DNA of 63,969 nt, the filler included, from Candidatus Rokuibacteriota bacterium (GTDB taxonomy: Bacteria > JAUVQV01 > DATDCY01), in the NCBI GenBank assembly GCA_031406795.1. It is 6 parts of 6 records of this genome, joined end to end, with 100 filler letters (N's around TTAATTAATTAA, not from the genome) between each part and the next. Parts side by side here need not be neighbours in the genome. Positions count along the whole stretch, not along the records: positions 16,836 to 45,383 come from JANOHV010000071.1; 5 more parts are not named here. The stretch is one strand, 5' to 3'. The position numbers and the translations under genes are program-made. The notes beneath the pieces are model-generated. The model was not told where the DNA came from and made no database searches. It was given only the letters and a program-made list of their open reading frames with translations. Position 1 is the stretch's first letter, and every line of letters begins with the position of its first letter. Below are positions 20,692 to 30,773 of this stretch, one piece after another.

Positions 20692-20832
20692 CCCGACCCG
20701 CTGGGGAGGGCTTTTTTCGCCCCTGCGGCGTTGGTGCTCGCGTTGCTTGTGCGGCGCACACGAGTGCGCCTCCGCGCACGCTTCGCACCTGCCTTGCAGG
20801 AGCGAAAAAATCCGCTCCCGATCGGGCCGGGC
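20691..20832 (-). repeat. Long-hairpin element, divergent variant with different outer arms
   Basis: Minus strand keeps the core TGCAAGGC...GAGGCGCACTCGTGTGCGCCGCA...CAACGCCGCAG inside a different outer inverted repeat (GCCCG.CCCG...TTTTTTCGC). Confidence 0.8.
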
Positions 20833-20834
20833 AG

Positions 20835-22214
20835 CTAATACTTAGGAAATTTCCTGGATGCGGGTGACCGTGCGGGGGGGGCCTTGGACTTCGTTCCCGT
20901 TGCGGGATTCATTCCCAGGACCTCGCGCATCCCCTTGATCGAACAGTACGGCCCGCACATCGTGCAGACGTCCCCGCTCGGCAATTCGCCGCCGGCCCGG
21001 CGCGCGGCGATGGTCGAGGGGTCGAGGGCGAGCCGCTCCTGCCCGGCCCAATCCAGGGCCTGCCGGCAGCGGGAGAACTCACGATCGCGCTCACGGGCGG
21101 CGGCGTTGCCGCGGGCCAGGTCGGCGGCGTGGCCGGCGATCTTCGAGGCGATGACCCCCTGGCGCACGTCTTCGATCCCCGGCAGGCCGAGGTGCTCGGC
21201 CGGCGTCACGTAGCACAGGAAGTCCGCGCCGGCCCAGGCGGCGAGCGCGCCGCCGATCGCCGCGGTGATGTGGTCGTAGCCGGGCGCGATGTCGGTGACC
21301 AGAGGCCCGAGCACGTAGAACGGCGCGTCTTCGCAGACCCGCTTCTGGATCAGCACGTTCGCCTGGATCTGCTCCATCGACATGTGCCCGGGGCCCTCGA
21401 CCATCGCCTGGACGCCGGCCGCCTTGGCACGCCGCACCAGTTCGCCGAGGATCACCAGTTCCTGCACCTGCGCGCGGTCGGTGGCGTCGGCGCCGCAGCC
21501 GGGCCGCAGCGCGTCGCCGAGACTCAGAACCAGATCGTGCCGGCGGGCGATCTCCAGCAGGCGGTCGTAGTCGGCGTACAGCGGGTTTTCGGCGCCCCGG
21601 CGGTGCATCCATTCGGCTATGAACGCCCCGCCGCGGCTGACGATGCCGAGGATGCGCCCCTGGGTGCGCACGTGGCCGAGGCTCTGGAGGGTCAGTCCGC
21701 AGTGCACCGTGACGAAGCCGACGCCGTCGCGCCCGTGCCGGTCGATCGCGTCGAAGAGGGCGTCGGGCGTCATCCGGTCCAGACGCCCGGGGTGGCGCGC
21801 GAGCGTGTCGACGGCGGCCTGGTATACCGGCACCGTGCCGACCGAGACCGGGCTGGCCTTGATGATCGCGGCGCGGATCAGGTCGAGATCGCCGCCGGTC
21901 GAGAGGTCCATGACCGCATCGGCGCCCGCGGCGACGGCGACCTTGAGCTTGGCCAGTTCGGCCTCGAGCCCCGAGCGCGCCTGGGAAGTCCCGAGGTTGG
22001 CGTTGACCTTGATCGAGAGACCGGCGCCCACGCCGAGGGGACGGGCGCCGCGTGCCTTGCCCGAACGGCAGATCACGATCGTCCCGGCGGCAACGCCGGC
22101 GCGGACGACATCGGGGTCGACGCCTTCGTGGCGGGCCACGGCCAGCACGGCCGCGGGGGTCTCTCCCCGGCGGGTCTGCTCGAGGATGGTGCCGGTTTTC
22201 TTTCGTGAGCTCAT
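20835..22214 (-). CDS. thiC: Phosphomethylpyrimidine synthase (short ThiC type)
   Basis: KVNANLGTS, MDLSTGG, SRGG, EGPGH, YVTPAEHL, CTMCGPYC. Confidence 0.9.
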   Translation of the reverse strand: MSSRKKTGTILEQTRRGETPAAVLAVARHEGVDPDVVRAGVAAGTIVICRSGKARGARPLGVGAGLSIKVNANLGTSQARSGLEAELAKLKVAVAAGADAVMDLSTGGDLDLIRAAIIKASPVSVGTVPVYQAAVDTLARHPGRLDRMTPDALFDAIDRHGRDGVGFVTVHCGLTLQSLGHVRTQGRILGIVSRGGAFIAEWMHRRGAENPLYADYDRLLEIARRHDLVLSLGDALRPGCGADATDRAQVQELVILGELVRRAKAAGVQAMVEGPGHMSMEQIQANVLIQKRVCEDAPFYVLGPLVTDIAPGYDHITAAIGGALAAWAGADFLCYVTPAEHLGLPGIEDVRQGVIASKIAGHAADLARGNAAARERDREFSRCRQALDWAGQERLALDPSTIAARRAGGELPSGDVCTMCGPYCSIKGMREVLGMNPATGTKSKAPPARSPASRKFPKY

Positions 22215-22282
22215 TATCTCTCCCTAGTCTGTTCAGTGCCTCAGCTGGAATTCTAACAGTTTACCGGAAAACCCGTTGCGGG

Positions 22283-22408
22283 GCAGGCCGCTCAAAAGGG
22301 TCCAGGTGCAAGGCGGGCGAGCCCTGAGGAATGAGGCGTACAAGTCGTACGCCGCAGTGACGAAGGGCGAAGCCCAACGCCGCAGATGGGCCGTTTTCAG
22401 CGGCCTGC
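22283..22408 (+). repeat. Long-hairpin element, copy 3
   Basis: Ends GCAGGCCGCTCAAAA and TTTTCAGCGGCCTGC (14/15 inverted match); shared core. Confidence 0.93.
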
Positions 22409-23544
22409 TACCAGTCGGCATAGCGGGCGATGGAGGCGGCGGCACGCGCGGCCGCGCCCCCCGGTCCGAGAAGGGCGCTGACCTTGCCGCATTTTTCCCG
22501 GAGCCGCGCCGCGGCCGCGGGGTCGTCGAGGAGACGTTCGATCTCCGCCGCGATGGTTTCGGGGCGGCACTCGTACTGGAGCAATTCGAGCACCGCCGGC
22601 TCGCCGAGAAGCAGGTTCGGCAGGCTCGCCCAGCGGGCGCGGATCAGACGCTTCGCGATCGCGTGCGAGAGCGGGGAGACCCGGTAGACAACGACGAAAG
22701 GCGTGCCGATGAGCGCGGTCTCCAGCGTCGCCGTCCCCGACGCGACGACGGCGGCGTCGGCCGCGGCGAGGCAATCCCAGGCGCGCCCCTCGACGATGCG
22801 GGCGGCGATCGGTTCGGCGCTCAGCGGCGAGAGCAGCGGCCGCACCGCGGGGGAGGCCGCGGGCACGACGAACTGCGGGCGCGGCCTGCGGCGGGAGAGC
22901 AGCGCGCCGGCCCCCAGCAGCGAGGGCAGCAGTGCGCGGACCTCGCCGCGGCGGCTGCCGGGGAGCAGCGCGACTACCGGACGCGCAGCGTCGAGCTGCA
23001 GATCGGCGCGCAGCGCCTGCTGCGGCGCCGAAGGGCGGACGAGGTCGACGAGCGGGTGTCCGACGTATTCGGTGCGAATACCGGCCTCTTTGAAGAACGC
23101 CTCCTCGAAGGGCAGGATGCACAGCGCGAGGTCGACCGTCCGACGGATGTCCCGCAGCCGGCCGCGGCGCCAGGCCCAGACTTGCGGCGTGATGAAGTAG
23201 ACGACGCGCAAGCCGAGTTCGTGCGCCGCCCGGGCCAGACGCAGGTTGAAATCCGGCGCGTCGACGAGCACCACGACGGCGGGCCGACGCCGCGCCAGTT
23301 CGCCGCGGAGCCGGCGCAACAGGGCCAGGATCGAACCGAGCTTCGGGAGGACCTCCGTGATGCCCACGAGCGAGAGCTGTTCGATTCCGGCGACCTGCTG
23401 CTGGCCGGCGGCCGCGAGGCACGGTCCGCCGACTCCCCACGCCGCGAGATCGGGTCGCATTCGCCTCAGTTCCATCAGCAGCGCCGCGGCGTGCTGGTCA
23501 CCCGAAACCTCGCCGGCCGAGATGAAGATCTCAGGCCCGGGCAT
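22408..23544 (-). CDS. lpxB: Lipid-A-disaccharide synthase
   Basis: SAGEVSGD, VDAPDFN, PQVWAWR, LLPGSRRGE, SGTATLE. Confidence 0.95.
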   Translation of the reverse strand: MPGPEIFISAGEVSGDQHAAALLMELRRMRPDLAAWGVGGPCLAAAGQQQVAGIEQLSLVGITEVLPKLGSILALLRRLRGELARRRPAVVVLVDAPDFNLRLARAAHELGLRVVYFITPQVWAWRRGRLRDIRRTVDLALCILPFEEAFFKEAGIRTEYVGHPLVDLVRPSAPQQALRADLQLDAARPVVALLPGSRRGEVRALLPSLLGAGALLSRRRPRPQFVVPAASPAVRPLLSPLSAEPIAARIVEGRAWDCLAAADAAVVASGTATLETALIGTPFVVVYRVSPLSHAIAKRLIRARWASLPNLLLGEPAVLELLQYECRPETIAAEIERLLDDPAAAARLREKCGKVSALLGPGGAAARAAASIARYADW

Positions 23545-24376
23545 CGGCCTCGGTGCAGCCCCACAGCGCCACGCGGTTGGCGTCCAGCAGCGCCAGGGTC
23601 TCCTCGCGCTGCACGAACAGCGTGCGCCCGGCTTCGATCGCGAGCACGGCAGCCTGTGCGGCGACCACGGAGCGCGCAGTCTCGAGTCCGACGACCGGCA
23701 CGTCGAAGCGGAAATCCTGGTCGGGCTTGGCGGTCTTGACGACGACGACACCCGGGCCGGCGACCTCGCCGCCGCGTCGAATCGTCAGGTCCGTCCCTTC
23801 GAGCGCCTCGACCGCGACCGGCGCCAGGTGCCTGACGACTACGGTCTGGCCGATGTCGAGGCGGCCGATCTCGCGCGCCAGGCGGAAACCGAAGGCGATG
23901 TCGGCGCGCTCGTCCCGGTCCGGCTCGCGATGCGAGAGTCTTCCCGGTCTTGCGAAGAGCGCGCCGAGCCAGCGGCCGGCCTCCTCGACGACGATACCTT
24001 CGCGGGCCAGTTCGTCGACCACGGCGCGCAGGATGGTGTCGTCGCGGCGGTCCGACAGGCTCATCCAGATTCTCGCGGCGCGCAGGTCCGGGCGGAAGTC
24101 GCTGAACGTCCGCGCCTTGTGGACCTTGCCGAGCAGCAGCGCCGAGGCGACACCGGCGTCTCTGAAAGCGCGGATGAGCTTATCGACCTGGCCGAGGCGC
24201 AGGTCGTGGTAGACGTCCACCGCGTCGGCGAGGGCGAGGCGGGTCGGTTCGTCGAAACCGACGGCCACCACTCGGTGGCCGTCCGCGCGCAGCGTGCGCG
24301 CGGCGATCACGGGCAGTTCGCCGCGGCCGGCGATCAGGCCGACGGCGCGCCCGCTCGCGGGCTCAGGGCTGCTCAC
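23531..24376 (-). CDS. lpxI: UDP-2,3-diacylglucosamine diphosphatase LpxI
   Basis: GLIAGRGELP, DIGQTVVV, AVEALEGTD, QDFRFDVPVVG. Confidence 0.93.
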   Translation of the reverse strand: MSSPEPASGRAVGLIAGRGELPVIAARTLRADGHRVVAVGFDEPTRLALADAVDVYHDLRLGQVDKLIRAFRDAGVASALLLGKVHKARTFSDFRPDLRAARIWMSLSDRRDDTILRAVVDELAREGIVVEEAGRWLGALFARPGRLSHREPDRDERADIAFGFRLAREIGRLDIGQTVVVRHLAPVAVEALEGTDLTIRRGGEVAGPGVVVVKTAKPDQDFRFDVPVVGLETARSVVAAQAAVLAIEAGRTLFVQREETLALLDANRVALWGCTEADARA

Positions 24377-24395
24377 GAGACCGGCCGCCGGCTGC

Positions 24396-25175
24396 TCAAC
24401 GGGTGACGCCGCGCTTGGTGGTGCGGATGAACTCGAGCATCTCCGCGGCTTCGGGCGAGGCGGGGAGCTGGCTCTCGACGGCGTCCATGGCGTTCTTCAG
24501 CGTGCGCCCGTCGCGGAAGAGGAGTTTGTAGGCCTTCTTGATGGCGGCGATGCGTTCCTCCGAAAAGCCGTGGCGCTTGAGGCCGACGAGGTTCAGCCCG
24601 TAGAGTTTCGCGCGCTCGCCCGAGGCGATGCAGAAGGGGGGGACATCGAGCGCCACGCCGCTGACACCGCCGATCATCGCCATGCGCCCGATCCGCGCCC
24701 ACTGGTGCACGGCGACCAGGCCGCCGAGGATGGCGTGGTCGTCGATGCGGATGTGGCCGGCCAGCGCGGCGCAGTTCGCCATGATCACGTGGTTGCCGAT
24801 CGTGCTGTCGTGCGCCACGTGGGCGTACGCCATGAAGAAGCAGTCGCTGCCGATGCGCGTGAGGCCGCCGCCCTTGACCGTGCCGCGGTTGACCGTGACG
24901 AACTCGCGAAAGACGTTGCGCTCGCCGATCTCCAGGCGCGTCGGCTCGCCCCGGTACCCCAGGTCCTGCGGCGGCGATCCGATCGAGGCGAACGGGAAGA
25001 CGTGCGTGTCGGCGCCGATGGTGCACGGGCCGAGCACGGAGGCGTGGTGCTCGACGCGCACGCGCTCCCCGAGGACGACGCCGGGGCCGATCACGACGAA
25101 GGGGCCGACCTCGACCCCGGCGCCGAGCCGGGCCCCGGGGTCGACGAGCGCCGAGGGGTGGACCCCCGCCATCAC
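24396..25175 (-). CDS. lpxA: UDP-N-acetylglucosamine O-acyltransferase
   Basis: Hexapeptide repeats, PQDL, REFVTVNRGT, MAYAHVAHD. Confidence 0.96.
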   Translation of the reverse strand: MMAGVHPSALVDPGARLGAGVEVGPFVVIGPGVVLGERVRVEHHASVLGPCTIGADTHVFPFASIGSPPQDLGYRGEPTRLEIGERNVFREFVTVNRGTVKGGGLTRIGSDCFFMAYAHVAHDSTIGNHVIMANCAALAGHIRIDDHAILGGLVAVHQWARIGRMAMIGGVSGVALDVPPFCIASGERAKLYGLNLVGLKRHGFSEERIAAIKKAYKLLFRDGRTLKNAMDAVESQLPASPEAAEMLEFIRTTKRGVTR

Positions 25176-25618
25176 GCGTCCCCCTTGTCCTTGGCGATCA
25201 TCGCCTGGAGCACTGCGTCGCAGACGAGGGTGTCCCCGACGAAGGCTTTGCCGTCGACGCGCCAGATCGTGCCCCGGCGCTGTTCGATGGCGATCTCGAA
25301 GCGCAGCTGGTCGCCGGGGACCACGGGCTTGCGAAAACGCGCGCGATCGATCGTCAGGAAGAAGACCTTGCGCTCGCCCACGTCCTCGCCGAGCAGGTGC
25401 ATTGCGAGAAAGCCGCCGGCCTGCGCCATCGCCTCGACGATCAGCACGCCCGGCATGATCGGGAACCCGGGGAAGTGACCGGCGAAGAAGGGCTCGTTGA
25501 TGGTGACGTTCTTGATGGCCACCAGTTTCCTGCCTTCGATGGAGATCACGCGGTCGAAGAGCAGGAACGGATAGCGGTGGGGGATCTTGTCCATGATTTT
25601 GCGCACGTCGTAGAGCAT
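25172..25618 (-). CDS. fabZ: 3-hydroxyacyl-ACP dehydratase
   Basis: IPHRYPFLL, KNVTINEPFFAGHFP, MPGVLIVEAMAQ. Confidence 0.97.
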   Translation of the reverse strand: MLYDVRKIMDKIPHRYPFLLFDRVISIEGRKLVAIKNVTINEPFFAGHFPGFPIMPGVLIVEAMAQAGGFLAMHLLGEDVGERKVFFLTIDRARFRKPVVPGDQLRFEIAIEQRRGTIWRVDGKAFVGDTLVCDAVLQAMIAKDKGDA

Positions 25619-25625
25619 GACTCGG

Positions 25626-26708
25626 CTACCTCCCCTGTTCGTTCGGGATGCCCGCGGCGGCTTCGGCCGCCGCGAGGCGTTTTTCGATTTCTGCCAGCCG
25701 CCGGCGCAGGTGCGGCAGTTGCTCGAAGATCGCCTGGCACTTCAGGAAATCGCGGAGCGGCTGCGGGCCGTAGCCCGCGACGGTGGCGCCGGGGTCGACG
25801 TGCCGGAGCACCGAGGTCCGTGCGGCGACGCGGGCGCCGGAACCGACGACTGCGTGGTCGGCGAGCGCGACCCGGCCGGCGAGCACCGCCCCGTCGCCGA
25901 TCTTCGCGCTGCCGGCAATCCCGCACTGGGAGACGATGATTGCATGCTCGCCGATCGTCACGTTGTGGGCGATCTGCACGAGGTTGTCGATCTTGGTCCC
26001 GCGGCCGATCCGCGTCGCGCCGGTGGTGGCGCGGTCGACGGTCGTGCCGGCGCCGATCTCGACGTCGTCGCCGATCTCAACCGTGCCGACCTGCGGGATC
26101 TTGCGGTGCGCGCGCCCGTCGAAGACAAAGCCGAAGCCTTCGCTGCCGACGACCGCCCCCGGATGCACGATGACTCGCGCCCCCAGGGTGACGCGCTCGA
26201 GCACGATCGCCCCGGGATGCAGCAGCGTCTCGGGGCCGATCGCGGCTTCGGAACCGACGTGGGCGTGCGGGTGCAGCACGGCGCGGGCGCCGATGCGGGC
26301 CCGCGCGCCGATGTAGCAGAAGGCGCCTACCGAGGCGGTCGGGTCCACCACGGCCCCCGGCTCGATCACCGCCGAGGGGTGGATCCCGGCCGGCGGGTGT
26401 GCCGCCGGGTGAAAGAGCGCGAGCGCCCCCGCGAATGCGAGCCGCGGGTTGTCGACGCGGATCAAGTTGCGGCCGGGGAGTTCGAGCCCCGCGGGCAGGA
26501 AGAACGCCCCGGCCTTTCCGGCGGCCGCGGCGGGCAGCTGCCGCACGCCCTCGGCAAAGCTCACGTCCTGCGGTCCGGCCTCCGCGAGCCCGGCCGCGCC
26601 GCTGAGTTCGAACCCCTGATCCCCCTCGGCGTGTCCCCCCGAACGCTCGGCGAGTTGCGCGAGGGTGACGCGCGGCCCCGCTGCGCTACTTGGCGCCTTC
26701 GGCGTCAT
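25626..26708 (-). CDS. lpxD: UDP-3-O-(3-hydroxyacyl)glucosamine N-acyltransferase
   Basis: [25 protein letters not shown]. Confidence 0.96.
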   Translation of the reverse strand: MTPKAPSSAAGPRVTLAQLAERSGGHAEGDQGFELSGAAGLAEAGPQDVSFAEGVRQLPAAAAGKAGAFFLPAGLELPGRNLIRVDNPRLAFAGALALFHPAAHPPAGIHPSAVIEPGAVVDPTASVGAFCYIGARARIGARAVLHPHAHVGSEAAIGPETLLHPGAIVLERVTLGARVIVHPGAVVGSEGFGFVFDGRAHRKIPQVGTVEIGDDVEIGAGTTVDRATTGATRIGRGTKIDNLVQIAHNVTIGEHAIIVSQCGIAGSAKIGDGAVLAGRVALADHAVVGSGARVAARTSVLRHVDPGATVAGYGPQPLRDFLKCQAIFEQLPHLRRRLAEIEKRLAAAEAAAGIPNEQGR

Positions 26709-27216
26709 AGCGCTTGATGAGCGTCTCCGTCAGATCGATGGTGGTCGGTGCGTACAGAATCGCGCTGTACTGCTTCTCGAGCACGAGGGTGTAGCTCCCC
26801 TCCTTGCCGATCTTCTCGATCACCTTGAGCAGATCCTTGCGGATGCCGTCGGTGAACTCGGACTCGCGGCGCCCGAACTCCTCCTTGAGGTCGCTCAAGG
26901 TGCGGCTGTAATCGCGCTCCAGGGTCCGGACCTCGCTCTCCCGCGTCTTGCGCGTGTCCTCGTTGAGCAGCAGGCCCTGCTTGTCGAGTTCGTCCTTTTT
27001 CTTTTCGAGCGCTTCCTTCTGCTTCTGCAAACCGCCCTTGCGCTCCTCCATCAGCTTCTGCAGCTCGCCGAGGGCTTTCTTGCCGGACTTGGACTCGTTG
27101 AGGGCCTTCTGCATGTCGATGAAGGCGAGTTTCACCGTTTCCTGGGCCGCGGCGGTCCCGGCGGCGAGCAGAATGCAGAGGGCGGCCGCTGCGGCGATTC
27201 TGGCGGGCACGTGCAT
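26686..27216 (-). CDS. skp: OmpH/Skp periplasmic chaperone
   Basis: Signal peptide, [11 protein letters not shown], long coiled coil, [12 protein letters not shown]. Confidence 0.92.
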   Translation of the reverse strand: MHVPARIAAAAALCILLAAGTAAAQETVKLAFIDMQKALNESKSGKKALGELQKLMEERKGGLQKQKEALEKKKDELDKQGLLLNEDTRKTRESEVRTLERDYSRTLSDLKEEFGRRESEFTDGIRKDLLKVIEKIGKEGSYTLVLEKQYSAILYAPTTIDLTETLIKRYDAEGAK

Positions 27217-27362
27217 GGAGGCTCCTTTCGTGTTCGCACCACGGGGCGACCGTCAGCCCCAATCCATAACCGATACAAAATCGCATTATAACCCGCCATG
27301 TTCGTTTGCGAAAGGAGTACCCGCGTACACGGCAGGCCTTCAGTGAAGTGCGCTAGCTTTTC

Positions 27363-27454
27363 CCGTTCGTGGTGAGCCTGTCGAACCACGAACGGAAAGT
27401 CTTCAGACAAGCGCCCTTCGACCGTTCGACAAGCTCACGGCTCAGGGCAAACGG
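27363..27454. repeat. REP-like palindromic element (second family)
   Basis: CCGTTCGTGGTGAGCCTGTCGAACCACGAACGG followed by CCCTTCGAC..TTCGACAAGCTCAC..GGCTCAGGGCAAACGG. Confidence 0.75.
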
Positions 27455-27534
27455 CACGGATCGGGCCACCGTTCAATGAAGGGTTACCGCACCCGCACCG
27501 CCAGGGCGCAGAACGACTTCGAGCCGCGCCCGGG

Positions 27535-28332
27535 TCAACGATGCAGCAGTTCGCCGACAGTGATCATGATCTCGATCACGATCAACGCGACGATGTACCA
27601 CTCGACCCGGAGGCTGCGCCGGTTGTACTGCAGCGTGAGCAGCGTGTTTGCGGTGCGCGCGATCAGATCGAGCTTGCGCTCGAGCGCGTGGTGGCGCTCC
27701 GTCAGTTCGTATTCCTCGACCAGGCGCTGGTGAAGCCGCTCCAGGTCGGCGCGTTCCCAGAGGGCTTCCGGCTTCTCCTCGACCTCGACCCGCCCGACCA
27801 TCCGCTGCTGGATGTCGAGCGTCCGGCCGATGTGACGCAGCAGTTGCCGCCCGTGGAAGCGCGAGCGGCCCCGCTCGCGCAGGTCCTCGGCCAGGGGCTC
27901 GATCTCGTCGAAGACCGCGGCGACCGTCGTCTCGTAGTGGGCGAGCACGGTGCTCTTGGCCAGCGCGTCGGCGACCACCTGCAGTCGCTCGGCGTCGAAG
28001 GCCTGCAGCGCGAGCCGGCCGTCGACGATCCGCTCCTCGGCGCCGGGGGCGAGGGCGACCTCGATCTCCTCGCTCTCAACGGCGGGATACGCCTCGCTCA
28101 CCAGGGGCAGCAGGGACTCGAGAAAGGCCCCGGACTCGGCCGCGTCGAGGCCGAAGAGCACGACGACGCCGTAACGGAAGAGAATCGCGCAGCCGCCGGC
28201 GCCGGCCTCGACGACGAGCGGCGCGGAAGCGAGCCGGGTGAACGACTCGAGCGCGCGCACGTTGATGTGGTGCCCGGCGAGCAGCGCCCGCGCGGTGATG
28301 GTCTGCCGGCCCGCCAGACGTTCGAGCGTCAC
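27535..28332 (-). CDS. RMD1/DUF155 family protein
   Basis: LFRYGVVVLFG, ALAKSTVL, KPEALWE, EYELTER..ALERKL, RSLRVEWYIVALIVIEI. Confidence 0.9.
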   Translation of the reverse strand: MTLERLAGRQTITARALLAGHHINVRALESFTRLASAPLVVEAGAGGCAILFRYGVVVLFGLDAAESGAFLESLLPLVSEAYPAVESEEIEVALAPGAEERIVDGRLALQAFDAERLQVVADALAKSTVLAHYETTVAAVFDEIEPLAEDLRERGRSRFHGRQLLRHIGRTLDIQQRMVGRVEVEEKPEALWERADLERLHQRLVEEYELTERHHALERKLDLIARTANTLLTLQYNRRSLRVEWYIVALIVIEIMITVGELLHR

Positions 28333-28397
28333 GAAGTCACCTCCCGAAAATCGCCAATGTTGCTACGATACACCCGCAGCGGGGAGGATGACCAGCC

Positions 28398-28482
28398 GCA
28401 GCAGATGGGCCTGAAAGGAACGGAGAGGCAGCTCGGAATGGTCCAGGCGCCTGACGCCGCAGATGGGCCCTTTTCAGCGGCC
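28398..28482 (+). repeat. Long-hairpin element, internally deleted copy
   Basis: GGCAGCTC...GGTCCAGGCGC joined to ACGCCGCAGATGGGCCCTTTTCAGCGGCC; extra GCAGATGGGCC fragment upstream. Confidence 0.75.
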
Positions 28483-28490
28483 GTAACGAT

Positions 28491-30773
28491 CTAGAAGAAG
28501 TTGCCGATCATGAAGGCCCAGTCCGACTTCGGCTCCCCCTCCTTGCGGTCCAGGATATAGCCCCACTCGAGGCGGAAGGGACCGATCGGGGACATCCAGC
28601 GGATGCCGAAGCCGGCGCTTTCGCGGAAATCGCGGATCGAGATCGCATCGCCCTGGTCCCAGGCGTTGCCCGCGTCCACGAACAGCACGAGATTGAACCC
28701 CTGGGCCGGGGCGATCGGCAGGATGATCTCGGTGTTGAAGTACAGTTGCTGGAAACCGCCCTTCGGGTCGCCGTTCTCATCCTTCGGGCCGACCGAACGC
28801 GAAGGGAAGCCGCGCATCGACAGGATGCCGCCGAGAAAAAACTTCTCGTAGATCGGTGGCGTGCGCCCGTCGAAGCCCTGGATATTGCCGTACTCGCCGT
28901 GGACCATGCCCACAAGTTTCGCGGGCAGCGGCACGTAGGAACTCTGCTCCAGCTCGTACTTCGTGAAATAGTTGTCCCCCCCGAGCAGCCCGCCGGCGTA
29001 CTCGCCGGAGACCGAGGTGCGGTTGCCGCGCGTCGGATTCATGAAGTTGTCGCGCGTGTCGCGCACCAGCGAGAGCCGCAGGCTGTTGGTCGACCGCTGG
29101 CCGGACTGTTCCTTGATGTAGTTCGACGCGGTCTCCTCGTTGATGTCGCTCACGGTCACCGTCTCGTGCTTGACGCTGACGAACGAGCGGATGTACTCGC
29201 CGAGGCTGCGCCCGAAGGTCAGGCGACCGCCGATCGACTTGCGGTCGTACTCGTCGTACTCGCGCATCGTGTCGTAGATCGAGAACCCGGCGGACCAGGC
29301 GCTGTCGAAGAGCGACGGCTCGGTGAAACTGAGCGAGTAATTCGTCCGCACCGGCGATTTCTCGAAGGTCAGCGCCAGGGAATGCCCGCGCCCGAACAGG
29401 TTGCTCTCCGAGACGCGCAGTTGGCCGGTGAGCTTGTCCTCCGAGCTGTAGCCGATGCCGAACGTGATGGCGCCCGTGAGCCGCTCCTTGACCTCGATGT
29501 CGATGTCGATCACGTCGTCGCCCCGCGGTCGGGGCACGATTTCGACGGCGTCGAAGAACCCGAGGTTCGTCACCCGCTGACGGCTGCGGCGCAGGGCTTC
29601 GCTGTTGAAGATCTCCCCTTCGCTGAAGGTCAGCTCCCGGCGCACGATCTTGTCGCGGGTCGAGACGTTGCCGCTGACCGAGATCCTGCCGAAGCGGGCC
29701 TCCGGACCGCGCTCGACGAGAAAAGTCACGTCGATGGTCCGTTTCTCCGGGTCGAGTTTCGTGGCGTAATCCAGCTTCACGAAGGCGAAGCCGCGGCTGG
29801 CGTAGCGCTGATTCATGGCGTACAGGCCCTGGGCGAACGCGGAGCGGCGGAAGATCTCGCCCTCCTGGAGGCCGACGAAACGCCTGATCTCCTCGAGCGA
29901 CAGGAAATCGTCGCCCTCCTGCGTCATGACGCCGAGGCGATACTGCAGGCCCTCGGTCACCGGGATCGCGACCCGCACGACCCTGCCGGTGTCGTCGACG
30001 GCGACCTCCGGCTCGCCGACGCGCACCTCGAGATAGCCGCGGTCCTGATAGTAGCTGACGATCCGTTGGCGGTCCTCCTGGAGCACATCCTGCTGGAGCT
30101 TGCCGGATCCCGAAATCCAGGAAAAGATCGTCCAGGGCTCGGTCTTCATTTCGCCGAGCAGCTTGCTCACGGGGATGGACTTGACGCCGCTCAGCGAAAT
30201 CTCGACGAGGCGATATTTCCGGCCCTCCTCGACGACCGCCTTGATCCGCACCCGGCCTTCGCCGGCCGGCTCGACCGCCGTGCGCACCAGGGCCTGGTAG
30301 TACCCTTTTTCGCGGTAGAGCGCCCGCATCCGCTCAACCGCCGCGGCGACCGCGATCGGGCTGTACGGCACCGTGAGCGGCAGCGCGGCCTTCTCGCGCA
30401 GGTCTTCGGTCTTGATTTCCTTGTTGCCCTCGATCGCAAGAACGCTCACCAGCGGGCGCTCGACGACCCGGAACGTCACGCGCATCCCGCCTTCGAAGGC
30501 TTCGGCGTCGACCTTGATGTCCTCGAACGACCCGAGCTCGAACAGCGAGCGCACGTCCCGGGAGACCTGTTCGGCGTCGTAAGGCGCTCCCTCGCGGCTG
30601 CCGATGCGCGCGCGCACCGTCGCCTGCTCGACCATCCGGGTGCCGGCGATGACGATCTCGCGAATCTCGGGCGCCGGCGCCGACGCATCCTCGGCGCCCG
30701 CCGGCGCGGCCGCCAGCAGCGCGAGGATCGAAGCGGCGAGCAGCGACCGGATGCTGCGGCTACGCAGCCGCAT
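28491..30773 (-). CDS. bamA: Outer membrane protein assembly factor BamA
   Basis: POTRA repeats, NLFGRG, MRGF, GIRWMSPIGPFRLEWG, terminal F; ATG overlaps the clpC stop. Confidence 0.96.
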   Translation of the reverse strand: MRLRSRSIRSLLAASILALLAAAPAGAEDASAPAPEIREIVIAGTRMVEQATVRARIGSREGAPYDAEQVSRDVRSLFELGSFEDIKVDAEAFEGGMRVTFRVVERPLVSVLAIEGNKEIKTEDLREKAALPLTVPYSPIAVAAAVERMRALYREKGYYQALVRTAVEPAGEGRVRIKAVVEEGRKYRLVEISLSGVKSIPVSKLLGEMKTEPWTIFSWISGSGKLQQDVLQEDRQRIVSYYQDRGYLEVRVGEPEVAVDDTGRVVRVAIPVTEGLQYRLGVMTQEGDDFLSLEEIRRFVGLQEGEIFRRSAFAQGLYAMNQRYASRGFAFVKLDYATKLDPEKRTIDVTFLVERGPEARFGRISVSGNVSTRDKIVRRELTFSEGEIFNSEALRRSRQRVTNLGFFDAVEIVPRPRGDDVIDIDIEVKERLTGAITFGIGYSSEDKLTGQLRVSESNLFGRGHSLALTFEKSPVRTNYSLSFTEPSLFDSAWSAGFSIYDTMREYDEYDRKSIGGRLTFGRSLGEYIRSFVSVKHETVTVSDINEETASNYIKEQSGQRSTNSLRLSLVRDTRDNFMNPTRGNRTSVSGEYAGGLLGGDNYFTKYELEQSSYVPLPAKLVGMVHGEYGNIQGFDGRTPPIYEKFFLGGILSMRGFPSRSVGPKDENGDPKGGFQQLYFNTEIILPIAPAQGFNLVLFVDAGNAWDQGDAISIRDFRESAGFGIRWMSPIGPFRLEWGYILDRKEGEPKSDWAFMIGNFF

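Noticed and set aside
20835..22214. ThiC paralog BzaA/B/F (cobamide lower-ligand synthesis)
   Set aside because: No cobalamin genes or B12 riboswitch nearby. It cannot be excluded without HMMs, so the default thiC call is kept.
22215..22408. TPP riboswitch upstream of thiC
   Set aside because: No convincing TPP aptamer core; the structured sequence there is a copy of the dispersed hairpin element also found beside unrelated genes.
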